Assembly (NCBI RefSeq): GCF_000143415.4
Contig: NW_003314292.1
Location: 799,325-863,324, forward strand
DNA from: Selaginella moellendorffii
Lineage: Eukaryota; Plantae; Lycopodiophyta
Length of the DNA: 64,000 nucleotides
Reading direction: 5' to 3'
Shown: positions 35,148 to 48,072 of the stretch, in pieces
Numbering within the stretch: the stretch's first letter is position 1
Layout: each line of letters starts with the position of its first letter
The notes under the pieces: generated by a model
Told to the model about the DNA's origin: nothing
The model's database searches: none
What the model saw: the letters and a program-made list of their open reading frames with translations, nothing else
Made by a program: the position numbers and the translations under genes

Positions 35148-38100
35148 CTATATACTTTTCCTGATGATTCTCAGATGGCCAAACTTCCCAGCTCCAGGTG
35201 ATGATCCTTCAAATATAAACGGCAAATGGCCAGTGGCTTCCTTGTAACGCTGCTGGACCTGTGTGAACAAACAAGCGAGAGCAGTAAATAAGATCTCTAC
35301 GATTCGAGGGACCAAGTGACGTGTGAACTTACCTCGAGGATTTGCTTTGTAGCGTCCACTCCGGGTGTGCTCACGACACAAACGGTTCCACCGCATCCAC
35401 CGCCGGAGATCTTGGCACCAAACAAGCATGTGTTCTCCGACGTGCTGTGTCTTTGCATGTGTTTTACCAGAGCCACAAGCCGGTCTGTGCCAGTGGAGCC
35501 TAGACCACATTTCGTGTAGCTCAAGTGTGCCTGCCAATCCAAAGTTAACATGGCTGGTAAACCAAAGTTACACTTACCTGATACATTAGTTGGCCTAACA
35601 AGTAGAGTTGTTTAGTGGTATCTCCGGCAGCTTCCAGCAGAAGAGCAAATGCCTGAAAGGAAGAAGAAATATTTGTTGGAATGAGAAGCTAAAAGAAAGG
35701 AAGAGATGGTGTGTTTACCTCCACACGGCTGTTTTCATAGATTGGATGGGCCGTGGGTGATTTGACAGGGTACGAGACTTGCGGAAGAATTGTTGTCACC
35801 GAATCTTTGTGACTGCCATACTTGTCCAGGAATTTCTTCCCTTCGATTGTCTCGGGGAGCATGTTGGCGTACGAGGCTTCGTATCTGCGGTTAAACAGTC
35901 GCGTTAAGTTGGCGTTAAGTTGGCAAAGAAAAATCATGGATGTTGGTACCTTTCTGTCGTCAGGTTGCACAGATATGACAGATTCTTTTCGTCCAGAAGC
36001 TGTTCCGTTTCCACCTCGTCGACTTCGTCAAAACCATTTCCGTTGTCCTGTTTCTCTGAGAGTTTCTCGGCTGCTAGCTGCGCAATCATCTGGCGGCCCA
36101 TGAACGCTCCAACTCTAACGGATCCGTAATCGGCTCCCCCAACGCTAGAGACAAAGCGAGAAAGAAAACAACGTTAGCATCATTGCCGGGACTCGAGTTT
36201 GAAGATCTCACCTGTGCTTTATGCCCGAATCAAGCCCCCAGAACTTAACGTCCGTGGGAATGTTCACGTGTTCTTTCACCTCTGCTGGCTGTTTTATCCA
36301 TCGAAATGTTAATTGGTGCGCACCAATAGATAGATTTATAGAGAGTACCTGGCACACCATTGCGAGAAGTTTGTACGCCTCCCCACAAGCTGAGGTCATC
36401 TGGTCCATGACTCCGCAAGGGGCACCAACAATGAGATTCTCTACCTGCACAAGGTTTCACTAAGCTGTAAACAAGACTTGTATGCCTACCTTCTGACAAA
36501 GAATTGCCAGCTGCCTTGGCTCAATTTCAAGACCTGAGGACGTGCAAACAAAACTCAATATTTGTGTGTTGGAATCGAAAGCTGGCAACTTACCATATGC
36601 CGCGGCTATTGCTGACATTGAAGCAACCTCGACAGCTGCTGACGAGGACACACCTTTGCCTTCGGGAACAGCTGAGGATACCTGCATTCCAGACGTTAGA
36701 AACTACACTTTGTCGTCACTGTGTAACGTGACTTACCAAAATGCTAATGCAGTCTTCACACTTGAATCCTAGTTCTCGTATCAACACCAAAATGGTCCCT
36801 GCGACATAAGCGGCCCAGCTGCCAGAGGAAACGCGCGTTACAAAATGCAAACTTGATTCTAGTTGGTACTACTTGCTCGACCTTTGTGACGAGTCGTTAG
36901 AGAAGTATCTGCGAGCTTCTTCGTAGCTAATAGGTTCTCCTTGCGCATCAAAAAAGTCGGATAGGTCCATATCAAAAGTTGGAGCCCTGTTAGACGCCTC
37001 AGATCCAAGAGATACCTGCAAAATTCAATTCGTAAAAATCCAGAAAAGAAAAATTCTTACGCACAATTTGCATGACTGGCTTACAGCCAGGAACTTGTCG
37101 GGCAGATATGTGCTTCCACACCCGCTGCTTCGCAGAAGAATTTCTTTGAACAGCAACGTGACAAGCTTCTCTAATAGGCATCTGAAATGCATGATGTTAG
37201 TTCAAAGTTGTTGTGACACAGGAGTTAACCATACTTGTAGCACGAGGCTGCCAGAGTAATCCGCGATTCCACCCATAACATCCAAACGACCAGGAGCTCT
37301 TGCTACAAATATTTCTTCCTGTAAAATATAGCAAAGTTAAGACCCTGGTCTGCATCTACATTCAGCTTCTTACCTCCCAAGAAAATATGCCGGCAGCAGC
37401 TACACGTTCTCGAAGCGGTGAGTTTACATCGTCTTTCAGCCTTGCGAGACTTTTAAGGAAAAGAGCTGTATCTGATAATCCTTGCAGATCCCCGTGCAAA
37501 ATCTCAAACTCTTCCACCTCTCTGAAACAAGAGCGTTTAGAATACAAACTTCTTGAAATAAGAGACTTACATGTCAGTGACAGTGTGATTAAGAAGATTT
37601 CCCGGTACACCAGGATTCAAACCATTCAGAAGGCCCAATTGGCTCTCACTTTGACTTTGAGTGTACCAATCAGGAATTGTAACCTCCCTACCAGGAACTC
37701 TTTGAATTTGATATCCAAAGACAATGGCATCACGAAGCCTGCGTGCTCCACTTTCCTAGGTGAATGAAGAAAGAATCAGTCTTACACTGTTTAGTGCCTT
37801 AACATTACCTTTCTTACGGCGGCAATATCACCCCTAGCAGCACCCTCTAGTATTCTCGCAACCGTCTGCAGGAAAACAACTATAGTGATCGGACTATTCT
37901 TTAAAGTGATTCATTCACGTCACCTCGCCACCGTTCAAAGGAAGATCGTAGCAAGGCTTCATCTGCAACGCCCGTTGAAGATATGGTTCCCATTGTCCAC
38001 TTAAAAAATCTCTTCGGATCATTTCTACTCCACATCGGTAGGACTGTCATTCATTTGTAAGTTGGAAGTTTCCTAAAAATGCCATCAAAGTTACCTCTAG

Positions 38101-39636
38101 CATATTTCTCAAAAATGGTTCTTCGTTAAAGTAATCACGTCTGATAAATACGAAAGGAACTTTGTATCCCAAGGCTTCACTCACAGTTCCATAGCCAATC
38201 TTGCCTGAAAAAAAAATCTGAGGACACGCACATGATTTGATAAACATACCAAGCATGCAATCGCTTGCTGCAATAAGATCTGGAGTATATGCATCACGTC
38301 CAGGGCCAATAAAATTTGGAGGGAGCGACTGGTCCGGGGAAGCACCACAGACCAAGCATACCCAGCCCGCAGGTAAAAATTCCTCTTTTAAGGACCAATT
38401 AGCGAGCTGCAAGGAAGGTTATATCACAAATTGTGTCGATGCCACTTTCTGGACATACCTGGCCACCAAAGTTGAAGACAACAATCTTTTTGTCATCTGG
38501 AATGCCGAACTCCTTGCGAACCTGCAAAATAAAACACGCTATAGTACGTGCAAAATCCAATCAAAACGGGCACAAAGACCTGCTCTCTACTCTTCCGCAC
38601 TTCTCGAACAACTAAAGGAACATCCACGACATCACGAAACGCTGGCACTGTTGCAAACACTTGGTCTCACAAAAGGGAACTACGAAGAGCAGCTTTACTT
38701 ACTAGGACAGTAGCCAGGCAAGCGTACCAAAAACAACGCTTGAGAGTAGTCTTCCGCTATCTGCAATGACCAAGCAATAAGCGTCTAAACACAGCAACAT
38801 TTCTTTACCTGCCAAATGATCGACTGATGCGCATGGCCAGCAGCCGTGACATAGTCGGCATATATAAAGTCCCAGCTGAGAAATCAACGTAAGTTTCAAT
38901 CCAAAGATTGGTCAGCCACGCAGACCTGAAGTTGCTAACACAAATCGAAGGAATATCAGCTTCTGTCGCAGCTCGACATGCCACCGGAACAATATCCGAA
39001 ACCTAACATAAGTTTTCCTTTAGAAACAACCATACGAGAGAAAAAAGATCACAAGTTACCACAAGATTTGCATTGATGGAACGAAGCCATCGAGACTCAG
39101 TTTCCAGAATTGATGCTCGTGGTAATACTGCTGTCTCGGAATACTGAAAAAAAAAGGTTTTAACAGTTTAGCATTGGTAAAATAAGAATTTTTTTTAATC
39201 TGTATCACCTGTTCCAAAGAAGCCTGGCGATCCACTGTCAAGGCATCCGATTGCACAGCTCCACAGTCTAGAAGCACCTGTACGAGAATTCTCAGTCGCT
39301 AGAAAAAATAGAGATCCAATTCCAGGAGCCGCAAGATCGCTTACCTTGCGAACGTGAAGCTTGGGAGATGGAATCTCGCGCTTAAACACGAAATCCGGAG
39401 CGCCAGAAACTATGTAAACGACATGTCCAGCAGCTACCAGATGCCTGGCGACCTGGAAATATCAGCAAGAAGCGCGTGATGTAGCTAGGGTTCTTCCCGG
39501 ATCGCCATTCCCAGCCTAATTTCGCACGAGATCTCACCTCGACAACGCGCGTCGCGTGGCCGAATCCATGGCCCGTGACATAGTAGACAACCACCAGCTC
39601 CTGGCGCTGATCTCGCATTGAATCGCTTGAAACCAT
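35148..39636 (-). CDS. ARA1: L-arabinokinase (glycosyltransferase-like N-terminus plus GHMP kinase), many short exons
   Basis: [64 protein letters not shown] and [13 protein letters not shown]. Confidence 0.95.
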
Positions 39637-41109
39637 CTCACCTTGGCGCAACGATCGCCCGCCTCGCCCTCTCCCGGGTGGAAGAAGAAGCACAAAATAA
39701 AATAAATTCGCAACCCTTACCGTTGGATTGGCTCATATATCGAGTGCCCTTTATCCAACGGCCCAGACCCGCGGTAAATGAGCTAAAATTTCGCACGAAA
39801 TGATCCAGATAAACATTACCTTAAAGTCCCAAGTTTCGTGGAGATAGACCTAGATAAGCTTGACAACGCAAAATTTAAAACACTCTTTTGATTTTTACCT
39901 TGACATCAATGATTGATCGCAACGTTGCTTTGCCCTAAAACCCAGAGGTACGGCACCGCCACTGGCGCGTACGGTGAATGCCGCGACTGGGCATTTGCAG
40001 GAGTGTCAAAACCTCTTCACATCGCTGGGATTTCTTGGCATTGATACGAAGTTGATGCCTCACACGACACGGGGTTGATTACGCTAAACCCGGCTATAAC
40101 AACACCGTATGTTTATGCGATACGCTTGGTGTTTTAAAATGGTATATAAAGGGTAGAGGTCTGGCAATTTGGATTCTTTTGTCCCCTCTAGCTGTGGCTT
40201 CTGTTCAAAGTGTTTGAGCTGTTTTTTAGGATAGGTATTTTATCAATATTCTTTTGCTTTGAATTCATCATTTCATTCATCAGTGAGAAAGAAGGCAAAA
40301 GAAATAGTAAAATAACAGCGCAAGAGAGAAAAATGGTGTAGACGACGACCAGGAAACGATCGAGAGAGGCTTCTCCAGTGTTCTTGTTGTTGTGAGCATT
40401 TGGATGTGACCCTCGCGAAGATATCGAAAACCTTGAGAGCTTTTGGTGAGTGATTTGATATTTTTCGCCATGGAGAGAGAGTTCAATGCATTGCTGCGCT
40501 GTGGCGCCGCTTGGACGCTTGTGTCAAGCGAGAGTTTTTTTTAATCGATTCGGCCCGTGAGCAGCAGCCGGATTGATTGACTCTATCGTGGTTTTTTTTT
40601 TGTTCTTCGTTTTTTCTATATGAATTTTGCAGCTCTGCGTGTGCGTCGTCCAAGGCAGTGGATCTTGGAGCGCTTGTCTTGCATTGTTTGAGTAGAGTTT
40701 CCTCGTTTCGAGCTCGTCAAAAAGCCCTCTCCACATCCCCATCCGGCCAGATTGAAACTTGTCTTCGTCCTCTTCTCCTTGTTCTTGTTTGTGTTCTTCG
40801 CTTCTTCCTCAAGTAGCTTTCTTTCTCTCTATAGTTTTGTTCTTCTGTCCATCCAGTCTCGATCTTCCGGAGCTCTGCGTTTCTTCCGATCCAGACGATG
40901 CATCGAACAAGACTTTTGCTGGTGTCGACGATGCTGCTCATCGCGATTACTTTCTCGAAAAGTTTTGCTGCTGCTCAAGCGCGATCTCCTTCCTTGGCAG
41001 ATCCAAGCTCGGGAATCCAATTCTCCTCGAAGGTAAAAACCTCTGCCTCTTTCTTGGAGTGCAATGAATTGAATCGATCGAGTCCTTGCAGGCGATTCGA
41101 CGCCCGAGG

Positions 41110-41370
41110 ATGAGATCTCTGCTGAGCGATCGCGAAATGCGCATCGAGGAGGAGGACTACTACATGGTCGACCCGCCACCGCGGCCGAGAACGCCGGTCA
41201 AGAGCGGTCCAATCAAGTATGTGGATCCAGCGCTGGAGAAGCCGAGGATACCACGAAGAACAAGAACGAGACAGAATATTCCCAGGCATCGATCTGTTCC
41301 CCCGACGCCGTCGCCCGTCTGCCCGTCACCGCCCTGCAAGTCGTGGCCGTCAGCCCGGTCGCCGCCGTGA
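41110..41370 (+). CDS. Small Pro/Arg-rich hypothetical protein (86 aa)
   Basis: GC-rich ORF MRSLLSDREM...PRTPVK...CPSPPCKSWP between a CT-rich leader and an AT-rich 3' region. No confident family. Confidence 0.45.
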   Translation: MRSLLSDREMRIEEEDYYMVDPPPRPRTPVKSGPIKYVDPALEKPRIPRRTRTRQNIPRHRSVPPTPSPVCPSPPCKSWPSARSPP

Positions 41371-41775
41371 CTGTTGCCAGAATATTCCAGACGGCGTCAG
41401 CATAACTACGGTTCTCTCGTTTTTTCTTTTTTGTTCTTCTAGTTGATGATTATACGACCAACGTAAGGCCGGTGATGATTTGCGGAGGAGGTTGTTTCAA
41501 TGTACAAATCGCTGCTTCCCGAGATTGCTTTTCAGAGATTTTGTAGTTCTTCCATGGTTGGCATGGTTGAAGGAGCGAGAATATTTTGCAATTTCTTTCA
41601 AACATTTTGTTTGTAATTTTTTTGAAATTCTTCTTTTTTAGAAACCTCCCCATGCACCACTGTTTTGTTTGGAGCGCCCAAGAAAAAAAAAAAAGTAAAA
41701 GGAAAAAGAGCTCAAGGTATTTTTCTATCAAACTTGGCGGCACCAAGTTGGTGCTTGTAAGTGCCTAGGAGAGGA

Positions 41776-42619
41776 ATGCTGGTGGTGGCGCTCTTGCTGG
41801 CGTTGGATCTCCTCCATCCGACGGCCGCGCAGCGCGAGCCAGCCAAGTGCGGCAGCAGCGATGCCGGATCTGTGTTGATGCCATGCTTTGCTTTCCTCGA
41901 GCAACAAAGCAGGGAGCCATCCGCGCGCTGCTGCTCCGCCGTCGCAAACTCCACGCAAAAAGAGCCACCGCGCTGCCTGTGCGTGTTCCTCGACCAGCTC
42001 GCGCGCGCCATGAATCGAACCCAGCCCCTCCAGCTCCCGTCGCTCTGTGGCGACGCCCGGCTCACCGCGGAGCGCTGCAAAGGTTTGTTTGTAGCTAATC
42101 GGTTTGCTTAGTGGCACTAAACTGCTTTTTTCTTTGGTTTTTTTTCTTTTTCTTGTGTAGCTCTGGCTGCTTCAGATGCCGTTGCGCCGGCGCTTGCTCC
42201 AACGCCAGGTGAGATTTGTACTATAGTTTGGATAGAACTTTGCTTGGAGAGAATGGATTGAATCAAAGGATGGACTTTAGAAGTGAGACCCTCTCTCTCT
42301 CTCTCTCTCTCTCCTTCCTTTGCTCTGCTTTGTTCTGCTTTGCTTTGTCGCTTGCCGTGTGGACTACTCGTTTGGACTGTGCTTTGCTTACACTGGCCTG
42401 GGTCTACAATGACATTGTCTGTCTATAACTGCTAATAATGGAATAATTCTGCATTAGTTTAGTGCTAATTACTCTTTTCCTAGTGAAAATGAGATTAATC
42501 CAGCTTTTTTGGCAGCTGGGGCTCTCGTACCTGGTCCGCTTCACAGTGGGGGAAGTTTTATGCCTGTCACGAGTCCCTGGAACGTACTGGGGATTGTCCT
42601 CGTTTTACTTAGCATCTAA
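41776..42619 (+). CDS. Non-specific lipid-transfer protein, GPI-anchored (LTPG/xylogen-like), 3 exons
   Basis: Signal peptide and 8-Cys motif C..C..CC..CLC..C..C. Exon 2 (42161-42208) is Ala/Pro-rich; exon 3 (~42515-42619) has the hydrophobic tail WNVLGIVLVLLSI*. Confidence 0.85.
42291..42313. repeat. (CT)n microsatellite in LTPG intron 2
   Basis: CTCTCT... run of about 11 units. Confidence 0.9.
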
Positions 42620-42708
42620 TTGTCTTTACTAATTCAATCTAACCGGACTATGGCATATGCTATAGAATTGTCGGAAAGTTTAAATTGCTTTCTTGGCGCG
42701 AGAGCAAA

Positions 42709-44319
42709 ATGGGCACGACATTAAACCTGGAGGGAGCGATCCCGCGACCTGGTGGCCAGGACGCGATCGAGGATCTCGCGTCAATCGTGAGATCCTGCGG
42801 CAATCCCCGCGACGCGCTTGCGATCCACACGCGAATCCTCGCCAGCGAACAGCACCGCCAGAACGTTTACCTCGCGAATCTCCTGGTGGAGATGTACGGC
42901 AAGCTGGGCAGCCCCGTACGCGCGAGGGCCGTCTTCGATACCTTGAATCCCCCGAATATCTTCTCGTGGAATATCCTCGTCGCGGCATATGCCCAGAATG
43001 GGCATGTGGAGGAGGCCAAGCGTGTGTTCGATCTCACGCCACACAAGACGGTCGTCTCGTGGACGACCATGCTCCAGGCATATACCCGGCATGGACATCT
43101 CGAGCAGGCAAAGATCCTCTTTGATTCCATGCCCGATAGGAACGCCTTCTCGTGGACCATCATGATGGCCGCATATTCCGAGAGAGGGGATCTTCTTAAC
43201 TCCAAGATTCTCTTTGACAAGATGCCGCGGAGGAACGTCGTCGCCTGGACTGCCATAGTCAAAGTCTACGCCGAGAACGAGCATATTCCCGAGGCCAAGG
43301 AGATGTACGATACAATGCCGCACAGGGACATGGTGTCGTACAACGTGATGCTCTCGGCATATGCCGGGACCGGGAATCTGGCTCAAACAGAGGATCTCTT
43401 TGAAAAGATGCCCGAGTATGACATAGTCTCATTTAACACGATGTTGGGAGCTTACGTGCACGAGGAGCGTTTCGCTCGGGCAAAGAGCCTGTTTGATCGG
43501 ATGCTTTACAGAAACGTAGTGTCTTGGAACACACTGTTGCGAGGATTCGTCCAGGCGGGAGAGATTGAGCAAGCGGCCTGTGCCTACGAGAGAATGCCCG
43601 AGAGAACTGGAGTGACTTTCACGATTCTCATCGGAGCTTATGCCCTGCTCGGTTACATCAAGGAGTCAGAAAAGATCTTCGAGCAGATGCCTTACTTGGA
43701 TACAGTCTCGTGCAATGCGATGCTGGTGGGCTTCGCTCAAAACTCTCGGCTGGAGCAAGCGCTGACGCTCTTCCACAGCACGACGATGTTGGAGCGAAAC
43801 ACCGCATCGTGGAACACCATCTTAGCAGCGCTCGCAAGCCATGGAAACCTGGAAGCAGCGAGAAACCACTTCAAGACCATGCCGGAGAAAGATATAGTTA
43901 CCTGGACGGCGATGGTTGCCGCGCACTGTCACGCAGGTCACGGCCGAGAAGCGATCAAGATCTTCCGAGAGATGGAGCAGGAAGGATTCCGTCCAAACGA
44001 GTTCTCACTGTCCACTGTTCTAGCAGCTTGCAGCCGAGCCGGACTTCTCCACCAGGCCTGGCAGTACTTCGCCTCCATGAGCAGTGCCTACAACTTAAAT
44101 CCTGCCGCTGAGCACTACAGTCCCATGATCGATCTTCTCGGTCGAGCGGGACAGCTCCAGGATGCTCATGACTTGTTCCATCAGATCCCGCCGCTGCCCT
44201 GCTCGTTAGCATTGGGTGGTCTTCTCGGTGCATGTAAACTTCACAACGATCTGGAAAGAGCAACACAAGCCGCTAGAGATCACTCCCAACTTGAGGAAAT
44301 AGAAAAAGCTTTACCTTGA
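42709..44319 (+). CDS. PLS-class PPR protein with long run of 31-aa short motifs and truncated E region, no DYW
   Basis: Intronless. Repeated FD.MP.R..VSW motifs at 31-aa spacing, then EHYSPMIDLLGRAG and LLGACKLH, and a stop. Confidence 0.92.
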   Translation: MGTTLNLEGAIPRPGGQDAIEDLASIVRSCGNPRDALAIHTRILASEQHRQNVYLANLLVEMYGKLGSPVRARAVFDTLNPPNIFSWNILVAAYAQNGHVEEAKRVFDLTPHKTVVSWTTMLQAYTRHGHLEQAKILFDSMPDRNAFSWTIMMAAYSERGDLLNSKILFDKMPRRNVVAWTAIVKVYAENEHIPEAKEMYDTMPHRDMVSYNVMLSAYAGTGNLAQTEDLFEKMPEYDIVSFNTMLGAYVHEERFARAKSLFDRMLYRNVVSWNTLLRGFVQAGEIEQAACAYERMPERTGVTFTILIGAYALLGYIKESEKIFEQMPYLDTVSCNAMLVGFAQNSRLEQALTLFHSTTMLERNTASWNTILAALASHGNLEAARNHFKTMPEKDIVTWTAMVAAHCHAGHGREAIKIFREMEQEGFRPNEFSLSTVLAACSRAGLLHQAWQYFASMSSAYNLNPAAEHYSPMIDLLGRAGQLQDAHDLFHQIPPLPCSLALGGLLGACKLHNDLERATQAARDHSQLEEIEKALP

Positions 44320-47300
44320 ATCAGTGGTCACCTCCAACTGTCGTATACCTTTGAGTGCTCCACCATGGCGATAGGATGAATCTGAAACCTGGAAAACTGG
44401 CGGACGAGGATGACGAGGATGACGAGGATGTGGATGCTGGAGCCTCTTGATCATAGTCCGGTGGTTCTCTACTGGAAGCTTCACCTGGAAGTCGAGTCTC
44501 GTCCGCTTTCCAGGTGACGTCAAAGCTTGCTTGCTGTTGACCGGGGAATTTGCCAGTGACAATTTACGCTCTCTTCTTACCTTTTACATGAGATTCCAAG
44601 CTCGGAACCGTCCAGTTCCGAACAAAGAACGTCAAACGACGAACTTGAAGTACCTTAACCTCCCACATCAATGTTAGCAGCACTCTTTGCATCCAAAGCT
44701 ATATGAATTTCCCATCAAAAAATGTTAATCACTGTCAAAAGGAAGAGAGCTGTCGCAAGTCATCTACCTGAACTACGTCGAAGATGGCCATGCCTCCTGG
44801 CTATCTTTCTGTGAGCCTCAGCAAAATCCACCCGGCTCCATAGATACAAAACCGGAGGGACATTGTTCTCCTGCTTTATCGTCTTTCCTTCAGCATCCAC
44901 CGATCCAGGCAAGTAGAATGCCTGCACAAGGAAAACAAGACGGTTTATTTAGAAAGATAAAGAATAGCATACATACGTCCCCTCTCAGCAGATCCTTGTC
45001 TTCCCATGTCAATTCGTAGTAGCGTCCATCCGGTCTGCAACCGGTTATGAGCTTTACACATAAAAAAGAAAAGAAAAGTTCGCAGGACCTTCTTGTCTCT
45101 TCTGGTGCAATCAGCACTATAATCTTGGGTTGGAACTTCACGCAATGCTCCACAAACTTGCTGGCAAGTTGAGCCCTGAATCCAAAAGGAGGATTCAAAC
45201 CCATAATCTGCATTCCACAATACACAATAGTATCAAGTGAATGTACAACACAACAGTATACTCACCAGTTTATCACTGGAACAAAGTTCTTCTGGTTGGA
45301 TTTCCATGTAGTCTTTCCGCTCGAAATGGAACGTATCCTAAAACATGATGTCAGCATTGATCCAGCAGGGAAAAACATTACTCACACTCGGCTGTATAAA
45401 GTCGAAGTTTTTGAATCTGCAATCTTTCTTCATGGCCGTCAGCTTGTCAGACATTAGCCGTGAAAACTCGTTCGATCCACAGCAAAGGTCCACCACCTTT
45501 GAATCTGAACGAGTCGGCATAACAATACGAACAATTAAGAAAAAACGTACCATATCTCCTGGATTCACGTAATAGCTGAGCTGGTCGACAATCTACAAGC
45601 AGATAATATGTTAGAAAAGGTCTGCCTTGCTTTGTCCATCGAACTCACCGATTGTAACTTATAAGTACGCGTGAAATGCCGCCCAAAGGAACTATAGCGC
45701 ATTCCAAACAGCATAGGCGACAAGTAAACTCGCAATGCGTCCTGAAATTTCCCACATTGGTCTTGATAATAACCATGGGTAATCTTACTCTGGCGCTCTC
45801 AAGCAGCTTCAAGTCCTTCGGCGAGAAGATGAGTTGAGCTTTCTCAATACTGCCGCCGCATTGGACGAACGTAGATGCCTTTTGAAAAGCCTACAAAAAT
45901 CGAAAGTAAGCGGACAGCCAAGAGTTGACATGGAATCATCTACATTCAGCAACGAGTGTATCCTGTTCAAATGACGATTCCTGTTCGAATTTGGCCTGGC
46001 AGTGCTTGGAGCTGTCAATTGTGCGGTAATGCTTTCAAATGTCAGCTTGCAGCTCGACATAACCTTTGAAACACTGGAAAGAAGAAAACGCTAAGTGGAA
46101 CGAAAGAGCAAATACTACTTACGTGTCTTCCACCTCCTTCTGGGAGAAGACGGCGGGCGTGTCAGAACGGAGAATGTTGTTTCCTTGTCGTTGCTCCAAA
46201 ATTTGAACGCTTTTAGAGCTCTGCAGATTAATTGCAGCCTTGTTCCCACGCTCTTTCGATGGTATCTCCGGAAACTTTATGTGATCCCTTCTTGGTGTTC
46301 TCAAATCGGGCATCACTACGTGGTTCCTGAAACAAGTGAACTATAATCAATGTATTAAAACAAAAGAGAGCTTACATGCAATACAGAAATCTTGTTTGAT
46401 TTATGAACCATCCCCTTCGATCCTCGTCGTCATCTGCAAAGCTTACACTGGCAACGCAGTTAAGGCAATGCGATTGTAACAACGGTTCGGCTTACCCAGA
46501 ACAAGCTTCATGCCAGGCTCGTGGACAGCGCCTACACGGATACAGCCACAGCGATTCTTCTTCCTTTTCTCTCTGGTGGCACTTGAAGCAGTTGTGAAGA
46601 GGGCACGTAAATCCAGTTCTGGCAGCTGTGTCCCCCAATAACTTGGACACGCAAGGAAGATGGTAAAACTTCCCGCAGAGAGCAACGTCACACAAGAAAA
46701 CCTGCACAGAAACATCGAATAAGAGTCCACTACTCAAACCAGAAAACATACCTCTTGTAAGGGACCGCTTGATGCTCCAAGTTTTCCACAAGCGAAGCAC
46801 TGGTGCTGGTTGAGCTCGCAGTTCTTACAAAAGAACTTTGCCATGTGCTGGTAGCAAAGAAATAGAGTCCTGATAATGTCTAGTACCAACGACGAACCTT
46901 AACTTCTGCCTCTGACAGGCACAAGGTCTTGCAAGAGACGCCTTCTGTTTTGAATCCATGGAACGATCGTAGGCACGGACCATCACAGCTGCGTTACAAG
47001 GCACATGATTTCCGTATAATGCCTGAAAAATGGCTTACCATAGCAAATCACCACCATCATCGCATATGGCACAAACAGACTCCCCAACGCCGTCGTCGCC
47101 GTCCACCTCCTCCTCGGATTCATATCTCGGCCTCTTGCTAGAACTTCCTTCGTCATACGACCTCCTCCTCTTTCTCAGCAAGCTTTGGATATAGTCCGAA
47201 GCTCCCAGCTCCGTATCAAGAGTTACAAGTTTCCTCAAGACGTAAAGATTCTCCAACACCTCATCTTGAGTCGGAATGCTGTCATGGTAGCTGCAAACAG

Positions 47301-48003
47301 AAAATGGTACATGAATGCCCAAGAAAAGCGCTGCTGCAAGTACCTGTAGAGGGAACGCAAATGGTTCCAAATGGTTGTCTCGGAAGCATATAAATGCTTC
47401 CTCGCGAACTCCAGCAGACTAAGCAGAACAAAAACGCTTAGAAACTCCACTTCGTAAGCCTTTGCCTGCTTTCCCAGCTTGATCCTGGCAAAAATGAATG
47501 AAGTTTCCTCAGCTTCCTTACGAGAACGAAGGAAACTTGGAAACCATACCATCTTTTTTGCTCATTCCTCACGTAGATCTGTGCCCCTTCCGGACCAAAC
47601 TCCACACTCCAGGCATTCACTGGCGTTCCCACTGGACGAAGGCCATCATCGGTCTTACCCCGGAGCCAGATCGTTTCTTGCAAGGAAGCTCCAGCACACT
47701 CGAGCGGTAGCTGGAACAAGGAAACGGGGTTAAATTCGTCCTGGAAGCAAAATTCTTCCACCGAATTGACAATGTCGTCATCGAGCACCCTGCGAGAGAC
47801 GCGATCAAGCCCAGAGAAGCAAAGAACAAGGCCTACATTTCACGGGCGCTCTCCGCTTCCGTGAGGCTGGACTGGAGCTCCTCGATGCTCGATCTTCCGG
47901 CGTACGCCCCGCCCTCGCGCAGGCGAACGATCGTCGCGGGCGATGAGAAGCTGAGGAACCATCCCGCCGTGTCGGATCCAGCGGCGCCCAGCGTTCGCGC
48001 CAT
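44311..48003 (-). CDS. EDM2: EDM2-like PHD-finger / methyltransferase-like protein, multi-exon (3' end below ~44768 uncertain)
   Basis: CAICDDGGDLLCCDGPCLRSFH, CGKFYHLPC, CPLHNCFKC, CRRCPRAWHEAC, FGMRYSSFGRHFT, VVDLCCGSNEFS, MGLNPPFG and FYLPGSVD. Confidence 0.88.
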
Positions 48004-48072
48004 ACCGGATCCGCGAAGAACTCCTTTATTAGAACCCTAAATATTTGTTCGCAAAGATCAGAGCTTTAGGGC
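48004..48072. promoter_or_regulatory. Putative bidirectional promoter (69 bp) with opposed telo-box-like motifs
   Basis: Divergent ATGs at 48003(-) and 48073(+); AACCCTAAA at ~48033 and TTTAGGG at ~48065. Confidence 0.5.

Noticed and set aside
39822-40080. RNase MRP RNA (AAAGTCCC ... ACGGGGTT)
   Set aside because: Both motifs are imperfect, and much of the intervening sequence is AT-rich and promoter-like.
40070-40095. Telomerase RNA template (TTGATT..CTAAACCC)
   Set aside because: Only 8 nt of template-like sequence. I found no correctly spaced USE/TATA or recognisable pseudoknot.
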